Positions 9,715 to 20,424 of a DNA stretch of 64,000 nucleotides are shown here, piece after piece (positions within the stretch are counted from its first letter, which is position 1; every line of letters starts with the position of its first letter). The notes under the pieces were generated by a model. It saw only the letters and a program-made list of their open reading frames with translations. It searched no databases and was not told the origin of the DNA. A program made the position numbers and the translations under genes. Source of the stretch: Candidatus Poribacteria bacterium (GTDB lineage Bacteria; Poribacteria; WGA-4E; PCPOR2b); NCBI GenBank assembly GCA_965198175.1, contig OZ240245.1:4512001-4576000 (forward strand), in the 5' to 3' direction.

Positions 9715-11148
9715 ATGAAACCATCACGGATTTTAATCGCAGACGACGAACACGCAACTTGTAGATACATCGACAAACAACTTAAAATGGAATCGTCAAT
9801 TGATGCTACTGTGGAATTTGCCTACGACCGGGACGAGGCAATGGCGCTATTGACACGAAATCCAGATTATGATTTGATTCTAGTCGATCTCTGGATGCCA
9901 GATGCAGAAGGTATTTTAGATAGAGAAGCGGGATTAAGAATCCTTAAGCACAGTAAAACACGGCAGCCCGCGCCACAGGCAATCGTAATCACTGCGAACA
10001 TCTCGTCGAAGACTGCGCTTGAAGCGAGTGGATTAGGAATCTATGACTATATCAGCAAGCCAATTGACTATACCCACCTAATTACCATCATCAAGGGGGC
10101 GTTAAACCAACGCACTCGACATGATCAGGAACCTTCGTCTACCGCTGAAGCAAAAGAGATAGAAGGTAATGAAATCATCGGCAGCAGTAACGCGATAATC
10201 GAGGTGATGAAAAAAGTCGGGCGAGTTGCCCATTCGGATGTTGATGTCTTAATCTATGGCGAGAGCGGTACAGGTAAAGAGTCTGTCGCACATGCCATTC
10301 ATGCGCATAGCCCCCGCCCTGAAGGACCTTTTATTGTTGTCAACTGTAGTGCTATTCCGGCGGAATTAATCGAAGCAGAGCTATTCGGAATTGGAAAACG
10401 GGTGGCAACAGCGGTCGATCAACGTCCGGGGAAGTTTCAGCAAGCGGATGGTGGCACAATCTTCCTTGATGAAATTGGCGACCTAGACCTAGCTATGCAG
10501 CCCAAGCTGCTGCGTGTGTTAGATTCTAAGGAACTTCAGGGAATCGGGATGGATGTTCAGCGGGTCAATGTTCGGGTTATCGCTGCAACTAATCGGGATC
10601 TCCAAGCGGCTGTAGACGCGGGGACGTTCCGAAGCGATCTCTATTATCGCCTGAAGTTCATGATCACCTTGCCACCGCTGCGTGAACGTCAGGGCGACAT
10701 TCGGTTACTCGCATCGCATTTCCTCCGTAAGTATGTGCGCATACCGGAATCGGGACAAATCCACGGTTTCGACGAGGCAGTCCTGTCAGCGTTTGAGCGA
10801 TATCAATGGCCGGGAAATATTCGTGAACTGCAGAAAGCCATTCAATATGCGGTTGTCACCTGTACGGGAAACCTAATCACGCAGAACGATTTACCCCCTG
10901 AAATCTTCAGTGCGCCTGAACTAGAGACGCTTCATCGGGACATAGAGCGAGACACAACACCTCTACATAGTTTACTCGATGTCCTAACAATTAAAGAGGC
11001 CTCCCAGGGCTTCGAGAAAATCTTCCTAGAACACAAGCTCAAACAGAATAACTGGAACATCCAGGCAACTGCGCAACAGATTGGGATTAAGCGCCAGTCA
11101 TTGCATCGTAAAATTAGGGAACTTGGCTTGGATCGAAACGGGAATTAA
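9715..11148 (+). CDS. NtrC-family response regulator / bacterial enhancer-binding protein (REC-AAA+-Fis HTH)
   Basis: REC 'ILIADDE...VDLWMP'; Walker A 'GESGTGKE'; 'FLDEIGD'; 'FRSDLYYRL'; 'WPGNIREL'; C-terminal HTH. GAFTGA loop reads RVATAV. Confidence 0.95.
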   Translation: MKPSRILIADDEHATCRYIDKQLKMESSIDATVEFAYDRDEAMALLTRNPDYDLILVDLWMPDAEGILDREAGLRILKHSKTRQPAPQAIVITANISSKTALEASGLGIYDYISKPIDYTHLITIIKGALNQRTRHDQEPSSTAEAKEIEGNEIIGSSNAIIEVMKKVGRVAHSDVDVLIYGESGTGKESVAHAIHAHSPRPEGPFIVVNCSAIPAELIEAELFGIGKRVATAVDQRPGKFQQADGGTIFLDEIGDLDLAMQPKLLRVLDSKELQGIGMDVQRVNVRVIAATNRDLQAAVDAGTFRSDLYYRLKFMITLPPLRERQGDIRLLASHFLRKYVRIPESGQIHGFDEAVLSAFERYQWPGNIRELQKAIQYAVVTCTGNLITQNDLPPEIFSAPELETLHRDIERDTTPLHSLLDVLTIKEASQGFEKIFLEHKLKQNNWNIQATAQQIGIKRQSLHRKIRELGLDRNGN

Positions 11149-11257
11149 TTGAGGTTTTTCGTTCGCCTACACGGTTCTGATTGCATATACAATGGAACAA
11201 GGAGCGGTGTTAATGAAGATAAACGGCATGACGCCCCAATCCTGCTCCATCCAAAAA

Positions 11258-11294
11258 TGTCACTTCAGGGCGACAGTGTCGCATCTGAGTGACA
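11258..11294. promoter_or_regulatory. Paired palindromic enhancer-like (UAS) sites TGTCRC-N6-GYGACA
   Basis: TGTCAC-TTCAGG-GCGACA (11258-11275) and TGTCGC-ATCTGA-GTGACA (11277-11294), about 145-180 bp upstream of a sigma54 promoter. Confidence 0.65.
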
Positions 11295-11436
11295 ATAAAT
11301 GTGAAGTTAATCGGAGATATAGCTTCGATGTTGAGAGGTCAAGAATCGTGTACGATCCCTGTTTTGTGCTTTGAGTGGAACATCCAACCTAACTCTCTAT
11401 GTTTTTCTCTCCATATCCTCACCTGTCTCCTATCGC

Positions 11437-11451
11437 TGGCACACATCTTGC
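11437..11451 (+). promoter_or_regulatory. Sigma54 (-24/-12) promoter
   Basis: TGGCAC-ACATC-TTGC is an exact match to TGGCAC-N5-TTGC, 65 nt upstream of the sigma gene ATG. Confidence 0.8.
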
Positions 11452-11515
11452 CTATACTATAAATATAAATCGACTCCATCAGAAATGAGAATTGAATATC
11501 ATTAAGGAAACAAGA

Positions 11516-12736
11516 ATGGCTCAACAGACGAATCCATCAACTCAAATCTTTGCTGAAGCGTCCATTGAAGATTGGTCTCCGCAGTTTGAATCTGTGCCTG
11601 CGGATATGGGAATACAACCCAAAGCATTTGCGGAAGTATCACGTATGGGTACTGCGCAACACATCCCGGTAATGGAAGATGTCGATGAAGTCTTTGAACC
11701 TTCTTTGGACTCCGACCATCAGGAATCTATGCGTGGGAGTTTTCTCGGTACGTATCTTTGCCAGATGGGCAGTATTCCACGTTTGACGCAAGACGAAGAA
11801 TTGGATGTCTTTGTTAAGATTGAGAAGTACCGCAAACGCATCAATGAATGTTATCAGGAATTGATGACCTACCCGCTTGAGATAGATCCGGAAGATTTGC
11901 CGAGCCCGCTTTCCTTGAAAAATCGGATTGTCGCTGAATCTTTTGTTCCGTCCGCGCAAAGATACCTTTTGGAGCTTGTGGGACATATACAACACCTGCA
12001 AGGCGAAATCCACACTGCTAAAAACTATGTTGTTGAGGCAAACCTGAGATTGGCAGTCTGTATTGCCAAGAAATACCAAGAACGTGGACTTGATTTGCCG
12101 GATCTCATCCAGGAAGCAAACATCGGATTAATCAACGCCGTCAATCACTTTGATTGGAGACGCGGTGTGAAATTTAGCGCATATGCTTCTTGGTGGATTC
12201 AGCAAGCCCTTGGGTGTAGCATTGCAAATCATGGGCGAACGATTCGTGTTCCAGCGTATCTTCTCGACGATATCAGGAAAGCGAATCGAGCGAAAGCGCG
12301 ATTCCAACAAAACACCAACCATGAACCCACTCTAAAAGAAATCTCTGAAGCAACTGGATTTTCAGTTGATAAGATTATGGAATTGAATCGGATTTCGGCG
12401 GATACAACCTCACTGGAAGATTGTATCAGCATGGAAACGGGGGGTGAAGTTGAAGAATTAATTCCCTGCGAACAAGCTATGAATCCCCTCACGGACATAA
12501 TTACGAAAAACCTTATTGAAGAAGTTAAGATGGCGATAGCTGAATTGCCACCCCGTGAGAAACAGATAGTCTTGTTGAGATACGGTCTGGAAAACAGCGA
12601 AGAACACAATTTACAGGAAATTGGGGTGATACTGAACCTTTCACGAGAACGAGTTCGGCAATTGGAAGCGAGGGCGTTGAATCGGCTACGCCACCCTTCT
12701 CGAAGCAAAAAACTCAGCGAATTTCTCTTTTCGTAA
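11516..12736 (+). CDS. RpoD/RpoS-like sigma70-family factor (probably an alternative, group-2-like sigma)
   Basis: Region 1.2 'YLCQMGSIPRLTQDEE'; region 2 'VEANLRLAVCIAKKY..RGLDLPDLIQE.NIGL..AV..FD..RG.KFS.YA.WWI'; region 4 'LQEIG..LNLSRERVRQLE..AL.RLRHP'; AAGGA RBS before ATG 11516. Confidence 0.93.
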   Translation: MAQQTNPSTQIFAEASIEDWSPQFESVPADMGIQPKAFAEVSRMGTAQHIPVMEDVDEVFEPSLDSDHQESMRGSFLGTYLCQMGSIPRLTQDEELDVFVKIEKYRKRINECYQELMTYPLEIDPEDLPSPLSLKNRIVAESFVPSAQRYLLELVGHIQHLQGEIHTAKNYVVEANLRLAVCIAKKYQERGLDLPDLIQEANIGLINAVNHFDWRRGVKFSAYASWWIQQALGCSIANHGRTIRVPAYLLDDIRKANRAKARFQQNTNHEPTLKEISEATGFSVDKIMELNRISADTTSLEDCISMETGGEVEELIPCEQAMNPLTDIITKNLIEEVKMAIAELPPREKQIVLLRYGLENSEEHNLQEIGVILNLSRERVRQLEARALNRLRHPSRSKKLSEFLFS

Positions 12737-13261
12737 TAACGTGACTTCTGTGTCAAAATCTGCAACAACGGGGCATGGATGCGGAAGTCAACTCAAGTGG
12801 AAACTTCAAAACTAGCCCTCGTCGCCAAAGAATAAAATCGCCAAATACCATCTTCACCATCTCCCCGCATGTTTTCCCGCAGAAAGTCCCTCCGCAACCC
12901 ATCTTTTCTGAAACGAACTCTCTTCGTTTACCCCTTCTTTCCTCATTGCAAGCCTAGAGAAATCCGATCTGCCCCCAAATTGCTGAGAGGAACTTCTCAA
13001 AGTGATATCCTTATCAATCTGATCGACTCTCTCATAGCGTAAATACATCAGGAATTGGAAAAATAATCAATTTCACCCCTTTTTGTGGTATACTTGTGAG
13101 GAGGTATGTGTGAATCTTAGGGCGGGTTGATGAGTTGATTGGTTTAACCGGATAGGCTGGTCATCGCTTGGTCAACAAACCCCAATCCAGTTTAAATACC
13201 GAGAGTAGCTGTCCGAAGATGAATTTCGGTTTCAAGAATGGAAGAATAAGGAGCGAATAAG

Positions 13262-14368
13262 ATGCGGACGAGAACGGCTGTTGTCTACGAACACAACAAA
13301 CCGGTTATTGTTGACGATTTAGAATTAGATGAACCGAAAGCGAACGAAGTGCTTATCCGTATGGTCGCAACTGGCGTATGCCATTCGGATTTGTCCATTG
13401 TGAACGGAACTATCTATTACGACCCTCCGACCGCAATTGGGCATGAGGGGGCAGGTGTGATTGAGCACGTCGGTGAAGGCGTTAGCTACGTCCGTCCTGG
13501 CGATCACGTCGTGCTCTCATTCGTCAGCTTCTGCGGGGATTGCCGGATGTGTCAGAATAACCTCGTGAGGCTATGTGAGGGTTTCCGAGTGCCACGTGGC
13601 CATTTGCTGGACGGAACCTGTCGATTACACAATAAATCGGGCCAACCCATACTCCAAATGGCGCGGATCGCTACAATGTCCGAATATACCGTTGTTCCAG
13701 AGCAGAGCTTGGTCAAAGTTGATTCGCATTATCCACTCGAAAAAGCGGTCTTGGTAGGATGCGGGGTGGCAACAGGAGTCGGGGCTGTGTTGAACACGGC
13801 AAATGTCGAAGCCGGAAGTTCGGTTGCAGTAATCGGAACGGGCGGTGTCGGATTGAACGTGATTCAAGGGGCTGTGCTAGCTTCCGCAGAACGCATTATC
13901 GCTATAGACCTCATTGAGAACAAGCTCCAGTTCGCCAAAAGCTTTGGCGCGACGGACTTGGTGAATGCGTCGACATGCAATCCGGTCGAAGCGGTTCGAG
14001 AATTGACGGACGGCAAGTACGTCGATTACGCTTTTGAAGTCATCGGCAACCCGAAGACGATAGAACAAGCTTATGCGATGATACGTCCCGGAGGAACTGC
14101 TGTCGTCATTGGGGCTTGCAACCAGGATGCTCAAGTGCGCATACCTGCCCAGAATATCGTCCTGAGCGAGAAAAGGTTAATTGGATCGTTTTACGGCTCT
14201 TCCAGCCCTCGCGTCGCTATGCCTAATCTGCTCAAGCTTTACGAAAATGGCAAGCTCAAACTTGATGAATTGATTACGCAAACCTATCGCCTTGAACAGA
14301 TTAACGACGCCTTTGCTGACATGGAAGCCGGTAAGAATGCTAGGGGCGTCATTTTGTACGATAACTAA
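13262..14368 (+). CDS. Zn-dependent alcohol dehydrogenase (MDR family)
   Basis: 'GVCHSD', 'GHEGAG', structural Zn 'CGDCRMC...C', 'GTGGVG'. Confidence 0.95.
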   Translation: MRTRTAVVYEHNKPVIVDDLELDEPKANEVLIRMVATGVCHSDLSIVNGTIYYDPPTAIGHEGAGVIEHVGEGVSYVRPGDHVVLSFVSFCGDCRMCQNNLVRLCEGFRVPRGHLLDGTCRLHNKSGQPILQMARIATMSEYTVVPEQSLVKVDSHYPLEKAVLVGCGVATGVGAVLNTANVEAGSSVAVIGTGGVGLNVIQGAVLASAERIIAIDLIENKLQFAKSFGATDLVNASTCNPVEAVRELTDGKYVDYAFEVIGNPKTIEQAYAMIRPGGTAVVIGACNQDAQVRIPAQNIVLSEKRLIGSFYGSSSPRVAMPNLLKLYENGKLKLDELITQTYRLEQINDAFADMEAGKNARGVILYDN

Positions 14369-14522
14369 AACCGCAACCACGTTAATTCTGACAGCCAACC
14401 CTCCGCTTTCCCAGAAAAAACGCCACCCGATCTAATCATTTGCCCCCAATGTGCATCATAATATAATAGAAGGCAATGACGCTGATGTCATTGCCACGTT
14501 AAGCCAAACAACATCGGGAGCG

Positions 14523-16463
14523 ATGAAAATGGCAAACAGCGATGCCGAACTAATCAGACGTACTTTGGACGGCGATGATTCCGCGTTCGGGTTTCTGGTC
14601 GATAAATACAAAGGCGCAGTTCATGCCCTCGCCTACCGTAAAATCGGAAACTTCCACACCGCAGAAGACATTACGCAAGAAACCTTTCTCAAAGCCTACC
14701 AAAAACTCCACACGCTCAAAGATTGGCGGCATTTCCCCGGTTGGCTCTACAGAATAGCGTCACGATTCTGCTTGATGTGGCATCGAAAACAGCGACTAGT
14801 GCCGCAACCGCTCGATACCGTCGAGAAGCACCACATGGATACGCTGGCGTGGGCGAAACACACCGACCAACGAACCCGTCAAGCGGTACACGATGCGCTA
14901 GAAGTGCTGCCAGAAAGCCAACGGACGGTCTTGACGCTCCACTATCTCGGTGGGATGACGTGCGAGGAGATTGCGCAGTTCATTGGTACGTCACGCGGTG
15001 CGATTCTTAACCGTCTCTATCGCGCCCGATGTCAATTGAAAGAGGAGATAATACCGATGATGGAGAAAACATTGGGTACATTTCAATTGCCGCCGACCTT
15101 CACACAACAGATGATGAATCGAATTGACCGCATACTTCCAACGACCACTCCCCAGGGCAAGCCACTTTTGCCGTGGTTTGCTGTGGCGGCAACGCTGGTC
15201 GTTGCGCTATTCCTCGGATTGGGTCAGCGGTCAATGACGCGGTTTCAACAACCGTACAGTTTTGAGGCAGTCGAACCGGCGAATCGGGTTGAACTCATTG
15301 ACGCACCGATGGTTCCACTACCAGAAACAAAACCGGCACTCGTCAATCGCCCGATCCACTTGAACCCGCGAGACGGCAAGAAGGATACCGGACCGAATGG
15401 ATCCGCTTTCTCGGCAGTAGCAAACGGTGAAATGAATGAATCAATGCCTGGATTTGCGGTATATACGACATCGCCCGCCGACTCGAAAGCCATCTCGAAC
15501 ATACTTGCTGGAAAGGAGGATGAGCCCCCGGTTGCGATGGTTGAAACCATTGAGGAAGCAATCACATCATCTGCCGAGGTCCTGGTTCTCCGAATGGAGC
15601 GTGAATATCCCCGAGAGTTCGACGATGACCTTGTTGATGCTTTACAACGTCGCAAGGTCATCGCGGTCGGGCTTGGTGCAGCGGATCTTTTAAGAACGCT
15701 AGGCCTAGAAATTCATTCGGGCGCATTTATGCATAATCCCTATGACCATTCCCCTCGCATTCAGATAGAACCGAATAAACTCATTAAAAAGTCCGGTTTA
15801 AGTTCCACCTTTGTTGCTTTTAATGTGCCGTCTGATGTTGTAAAGTCTTATTTACCCCCCGGCGCACCCCCAGATGCGATTGACACAGACTTTAACTTCG
15901 CAATGTACATCCCTCGAAAGAGCCATCTCCGTTCTGTCGTTGATGTCATTGCCCGTTGGGCGGAGAGGAAAAACTACGCGCCTATTGTCCGTCAAGGCAA
16001 TCATATCATGATCGGACTTGATGCACCAATCGAGACATGGACGCAAATGTATCGCCAACTGTTTCGTGACATTGCAGTCGCACTACATGCTCGCGAGCGA
16101 GAGCCATTCAAAAAGGCGACATGGGAAATCAACAAACCCGGCACTTATTCCGTCAAACTGGGCAGAAGTTTGAACACAGATGAACTTCCAGTGCAAACGT
16201 TTTATTTCCAATTCACTCAGCCAACAATGTACAAAGCACACCTCAAGCATAAAGGCTCGGACAATGTCGCGCTTTTGTTCATGGGCGAAAAAAAAGGAAC
16301 ACATTGGACGCGACAGGATGCCGATCAAGGTGAACCGCTTGAGATTACACTTGAAATCACGGAAACAGACATACGGCACATAGGTGATAGATACTGGAAG
16401 CTAATGGTCATAAACTACGACTCTGAGAATATGGCAGACGGTGTATTGACGATCACGTATTGA
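14523..16463 (+). CDS. ECF sigma factor with TM helix and large C-terminal extracytoplasmic extension
   Basis: 'DAELI...AEDITQETFLKAY..L..L...FPGWLYRIA'; region 4 'LPESQRTVLTLHYLGGMTCEEIA'; TM '[20 protein letters not shown]'; start at ATG 14523 or 14529 after GGGAG. Confidence 0.9.
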   Translation: MKMANSDAELIRRTLDGDDSAFGFLVDKYKGAVHALAYRKIGNFHTAEDITQETFLKAYQKLHTLKDWRHFPGWLYRIASRFCLMWHRKQRLVPQPLDTVEKHHMDTLAWAKHTDQRTRQAVHDALEVLPESQRTVLTLHYLGGMTCEEIAQFIGTSRGAILNRLYRARCQLKEEIIPMMEKTLGTFQLPPTFTQQMMNRIDRILPTTTPQGKPLLPWFAVAATLVVALFLGLGQRSMTRFQQPYSFEAVEPANRVELIDAPMVPLPETKPALVNRPIHLNPRDGKKDTGPNGSAFSAVANGEMNESMPGFAVYTTSPADSKAISNILAGKEDEPPVAMVETIEEAITSSAEVLVLRMEREYPREFDDDLVDALQRRKVIAVGLGAADLLRTLGLEIHSGAFMHNPYDHSPRIQIEPNKLIKKSGLSSTFVAFNVPSDVVKSYLPPGAPPDAIDTDFNFAMYIPRKSHLRSVVDVIARWAERKNYAPIVRQGNHIMIGLDAPIETWTQMYRQLFRDIAVALHAREREPFKKATWEINKPGTYSVKLGRSLNTDELPVQTFYFQFTQPTMYKAHLKHKGSDNVALLFMGEKKGTHWTRQDADQGEPLEITLEITETDIRHIGDRYWKLMVINYDSENMADGVLTITY

Positions 16464-16479
16464 GGAATGGTGGGATTTG

Positions 16480-16505
16480 GTAAAGGCAACCCTTATGGTT
16501 ATCCT
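16480..16505 (+). repeat. Degenerate GTAG-type REP copy
   Basis: GTAAAGGCAACCCTTATGGTTATCCT matches GTAGGGGCAACCCTTGTGGTTGCCCT (26375-26400) at 21/26 positions. Confidence 0.6.
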
Positions 16506-16675
16506 TACGCCGAATCCATGGCGGTCGCAGGCAGAACGTTATACGCCAGCATCCGGGACAGTAGCGTGCATCGAATCGCGCTGGATTACCCTGATGGCGA
16601 TTAGTTCGTCGAAATGCAAAGTTTCTTCGCCAAACCTACTTAAGTCGTAGATGTTCAAAAGAGAGGCTTTCTTGC

Positions 16676-19600
16676 TCACGCCCAATTTTCACACAACACT
16701 TCGGCTTGCTCTAGGACGGTCTCGGCAGCTTTGGCTTGTTTGTCGGGTGGGTAACCGTATTTTCGTAAGATTCGCTTCACCAATCGGCGCAGGTTAGCGC
16801 GCACGCTCTCCTTCATCGTCCAGTCGATGGTTACGTTGTTACGGACGGTTCTTACGAGTTCAGTCGCGATAGTGCGCAAGGTCTCATCTCCCAGCACCTG
16901 CACGGCGCTATCGTTGGTTTCAAGCGCGTCGTAGAATGCCAATTCATCGCGTGAGAGTCCCAACTCCTCGCCACGGTCCCGCGCCTGACGCAGCTCCCTC
17001 GCTGTTTGGATAAGTTCCTCGATTACCTGCGCGGCTTGTATCGTCCGGTTTTGATAGGCGCGAATTGATTTTTCTAGCATCTCTGCGAATGACCGTGCTT
17101 GTACGACGTTTTGCCGCGAGTGGGTTTTGATTTCATCGTTGAGCAACTTTTCCAAAAGTTCGACGGCAAGATTCCTTTGCGGTAAATTGCGCACTTCTGC
17201 TAGGAATTCGTCGGAGAGAATTGAGATATCCGGCTTGTCTAATCCCGCGGCGGCAAAGATGTCTACTACGCCTTCAGGAACGACAGCCTTGGATACCAAC
17301 TGCTTGATGGCGAGTTCTGCCGCCTCGGATTGGGACTCCTCTCTAGCCGTCAATTTTGCCAAGACGCCTCTGACCGCTTGGAAAAATGCAACATCGTCGC
17401 GTATCTTGATTGCGCTTTCGTGCGGCACGACTAGCGAAAAGGCTTTGGAGAGCGCAGCAACCTCATTCAGTAGACGGGTTTTGCCATCTTCCAAGCCCAA
17501 GATATGTTCTTGGGCGCCGGGTAGCAGTCTGAGACGCTCCTCGGCGTTTCCGTCAATCCACGACGACCAATCGAAACCGTGGAACAGCCCGCAGCAGATT
17601 TCGTGCTTTTCCAGCATTACAGCAATCGCTTCGGCTTTATTGATGGCGGGCTTGCCCTTTCCGCCGCCTTCCGTATAGTTAGTTAAAGCCTGCTTTAGAT
17701 GGTAACCGATCCCGATGTAGTCTACAATTAGACCGCCGGGTTTTTCGCCGAAGACACGATTGACGCGCGCGATAGCTTGCATCAGGGTATGACCTCGCAT
17801 CGGTTTGTCGACATACATTGTGTGAAGGCTCGGAGCATCAAAGCCGGTCAGCCACATGTCACGGACAATCACAAACTTCAACGGATCATCGGGTTTCTTG
17901 AACCGAACTGCCAGCTCTTCGCGCCGCGCTTTGTTGCGGATATGCGGCTGCCACGACTCGTCCTCCGACGCCTCGCCCGTCATTACAACCTTAATGAACC
18001 CCTGCTTATCATCCTCACCATGCCATTCCGGACGCTTTTCGACAATGGCGTTGTAGAGATCGACGCAGATACGGCGGCTCATACAGACCACCATCGCCTT
18101 GCCATCCATTGCATCCAACCGCTCCTCGAAATGCGTGATGATATCATCAGCAACCAGAGCCAAACGCTTCTCGGTTCCAACCAGTGCCTCAAGCTGAGCC
18201 CATTTAGATTTGAGTCTCTCCTTGTGCCTTTCCTCCTCTCCTTCGGTCACCTCCTCAAATTCTGGGTCAACATGAGGCTTCTCGTTCTCGTCCAGTTCAA
18301 TTTTGGCGAGTCGGCTCTCGTAGTAGATTGGAACAGTGGCGCCGTCATCAACCGCACGTTGTATATCGTAGATACTGATGTAATCTCCAAAAACGTTTCG
18401 GGTGTTGCGGTCTGTCTCTTCAATGGGGGTGCCGGTGAAACCGATAAATGAGGCGTTCGGGAGTGCGTCGCGCATGTGACGGGCAAATCCGTCAATAAAA
18501 TCGTACTGGCTGCGGTGGGCTTCGTCCGCAATGACAACGATGTTTCGCCGGTCGGATAGTAACGGGAATTGGAGTTCGTCATCATCGGGAAAAAACTTCT
18601 GCACCGTTGTAAAAACCACGCCGCCCGAAGCAACTTTCAGGAGTTCGCGCAGGTGTACCCTGTCTTTCGCTTGGACAGGTATTTGTCGCAATAGTTGATT
18701 ACATCTAGCGAACGTGCCGAACAGTTGGTCGTCTAAGTCGTTGCGGTCGGTGATGACGACCAGTGTCGGGTTTTGCATCTCTGGGTGCCGGACAATGCTG
18801 CCAGCGTAAAATGCCATAGTCAGGCTCTTGCCCGAACCTTGCGTGTGCCAGATAACGCCGCAACGTTTGTCCCCATCCGGACGCGACGCCTTCACGGAAG
18901 TGTCAACAGCGGCTCTAACGGCGTGGAATTGGTGATAACCGGCGATCTTCTTGGCAATTGTATCGCCGCCCGTTTCCTCAAAGACAATAAAGTGCTTAAG
19001 ATAGTTCAGGAATCGTTCCTTGTCAAAGAGTCCCTTGATTGTAACCTCAAGTTCCAAATCTGTTGATTCGGCTTCGGTTTCTCCCTCGACTGTCCGCCAC
19101 GGCATGAACCGTTCCTGATTTGCCGTCAAAGCACCGACACGAGCTTCCAAGCCGTCAGAAATAACTATCGCCTCGTTATATGTGAACAGCCGCGGAATTT
19201 CTCGCTTGTAGGTCTGGAGTTGGCGAAACGCGGACCAGACAGTGGCATTCTCATCGGTCGGGTTTTTGAGTTCAATCACGCCTAGCGGAATGCCGTTGAT
19301 AAACAGCACGATGTCCGGTCGGCGTTCGGTCTCCCCCATCACGGTGAACTGATTCACTGCCAGCCAGTCGTTATTTTCGGGGTTCTCAAAATCCACCAAT
19401 CGCACGCCCCCGCCGCGAGTTGTACCGTCTGAATCTTGATACTCAATCTCGACGCCATCAACCAACATTAGGTGAAACGTCCGGTTGTTTTGGACCAATG
19501 ACGGGGAGTTTGGAGAGAGTATTCTTTGAACGACTTCGTCTTGCGATTCGGCAGGCATCGTTGGATTCATGCGGGCAACCGAATCGCGCAGACGCTGTGT

Positions 19601-19747
19601 CAACACCACGTCTTCATATCTTGAACGTTCGGCACCTGGCGTTTCTGGAGCAATATCAGGACCGTGCAAGACGGAATAACCCATACCCGCGAGCCAATCC
19701 AGTGCGGTTTGTTCGATATCGAATTCGTCAATCGTATTAAGATTCAT
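16676..19747 (-). CDS. hsdR: Type I restriction endonuclease subunit R
   Basis: '[19 protein letters not shown]' nuclease motif; 'HTQGSGKS'; 'DEAHRSQY'; 'QAIARVNR'; C-terminal '[10 protein letters not shown]'. Confidence 0.97.
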   Translation of the reverse strand: MNLNTIDEFDIEQTALDWLAGMGYSVLHGPDIAPETPGAERSRYEDVVLTQRLRDSVARMNPTMPAESQDEVVQRILSPNSPSLVQNNRTFHLMLVDGVEIEYQDSDGTTRGGGVRLVDFENPENNDWLAVNQFTVMGETERRPDIVLFINGIPLGVIELKNPTDENATVWSAFRQLQTYKREIPRLFTYNEAIVISDGLEARVGALTANQERFMPWRTVEGETEAESTDLELEVTIKGLFDKERFLNYLKHFIVFEETGGDTIAKKIAGYHQFHAVRAAVDTSVKASRPDGDKRCGVIWHTQGSGKSLTMAFYAGSIVRHPEMQNPTLVVITDRNDLDDQLFGTFARCNQLLRQIPVQAKDRVHLRELLKVASGGVVFTTVQKFFPDDDELQFPLLSDRRNIVVIADEAHRSQYDFIDGFARHMRDALPNASFIGFTGTPIEETDRNTRNVFGDYISIYDIQRAVDDGATVPIYYESRLAKIELDENEKPHVDPEFEEVTEGEEERHKERLKSKWAQLEALVGTEKRLALVADDIITHFEERLDAMDGKAMVVCMSRRICVDLYNAIVEKRPEWHGEDDKQGFIKVVMTGEASEDESWQPHIRNKARREELAVRFKKPDDPLKFVIVRDMWLTGFDAPSLHTMYVDKPMRGHTLMQAIARVNRVFGEKPGGLIVDYIGIGYHLKQALTNYTEGGGKGKPAINKAEAIAVMLEKHEICCGLFHGFDWSSWIDGNAEERLRLLPGAQEHILGLEDGKTRLLNEVAALSKAFSLVVPHESAIKIRDDVAFFQAVRGVLAKLTAREESQSEAAELAIKQLVSKAVVPEGVVDIFAAAGLDKPDISILSDEFLAEVRNLPQRNLAVELLEKLLNDEIKTHSRQNVVQARSFAEMLEKSIRAYQNRTIQAAQVIEELIQTARELRQARDRGEELGLSRDELAFYDALETNDSAVQVLGDETLRTIATELVRTVRNNVTIDWTMKESVRANLRRLVKRILRKYGYPPDKQAKAAETVLEQAEVLCENWA

Positions 19748-19800
19748 GCTATCAATTCAAACTGAGTTGTATGAATCATACAAGCAGGTCAGAAGGAATC

Positions 19801-20424
19801 TTAGATTTTGAATCCACTCTCTCCCACACACGCTTTGAGTCCCTCAAGAAACACTTGAAAACTTTTCGACGTGTTCTGGTCCGGTATCATGTGTGAAGCG
19901 ATGTTTTGTGCTACGACAGTCTTGGGTAACCACTTTGGATAGTACCGTTTCAGCACACGTCCGAGTGCTTCGTGTGTGCCGCCTGCAATTGCATCGGGAT
20001 TTCGAAAATTAGCCCGGTTATGGAACGTCCTTGAGACGTTTGGATAGGCTTTTCGTACAGCTTCAGGGTCTCCAAAGAACCAAGCGTCCAATTCCTCAAT
20101 TGCCAGTCGATTAACAACTCTAAAATTCCTATCTGAGGTGGTGCGGGTTTTCGTCATGAAGCCCGCCTCACTAGCTGCTTGTTCTAACTTTGCCTTCAGT
20201 TGCAAACAATCTTCGCGATCTTCATCAATAAGAACTATAATTCGCCAATCATCTGGTATCCAGTGGCGGTATCCCTTCAATCGAATCGGCAGGTTCTTAA
20301 GCAGGTCGTGTTTGCCTTGAAACACATGGAAGTTGAAACCCACGTCGTCGGAAAAAACCGTGGGTAAGACTGCCTCTAATGCTGCTTCAGCCGAGCGTTC
20401 CTCCAAAAGGAATTCAATGTGCAC
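19801..20424 (-). CDS. DUF4276-like (TOPRIM-clan) protein
   Basis: '[11 protein letters not shown]...FQGK.DLL..LP.RL.GY...VLIDED...[12 protein letters not shown]...N.S.SFQ.F'; GTG start after GGAG; overlaps the ATPase gene. Confidence 0.75.
   Translation of the reverse strand: MHIEFLLEERSAEAALEAVLPTVFSDDVGFNFHVFQGKHDLLKNLPIRLKGYRHWIPDDWRIIVLIDEDREDCLQLKAKLEQAASEAGFMTKTRTTSDRNFRVVNRLAIEELDAWFFGDPEAVRKAYPNVSRTFHNRANFRNPDAIAGGTHEALGRVLKRYYPKWLPKTVVAQNIASHMIPDQNTSKSFQVFLEGLKACVGESGFKI

Noticed and set aside
11516..12736. Calling this the primary sigma rpoD
   Set aside because: No dnaG linkage, divergent region 2.4 and region 1.1, and an upstream sigma54 promoter; symbol withheld
17127..19740. 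Long plus-strand ORFs antisense to hsdR (and similar shadow ORFs over rpoB, rpoC and the Schlafen gene)
   Set aside because: No recognisable motifs; they lie opposite well-supported genes
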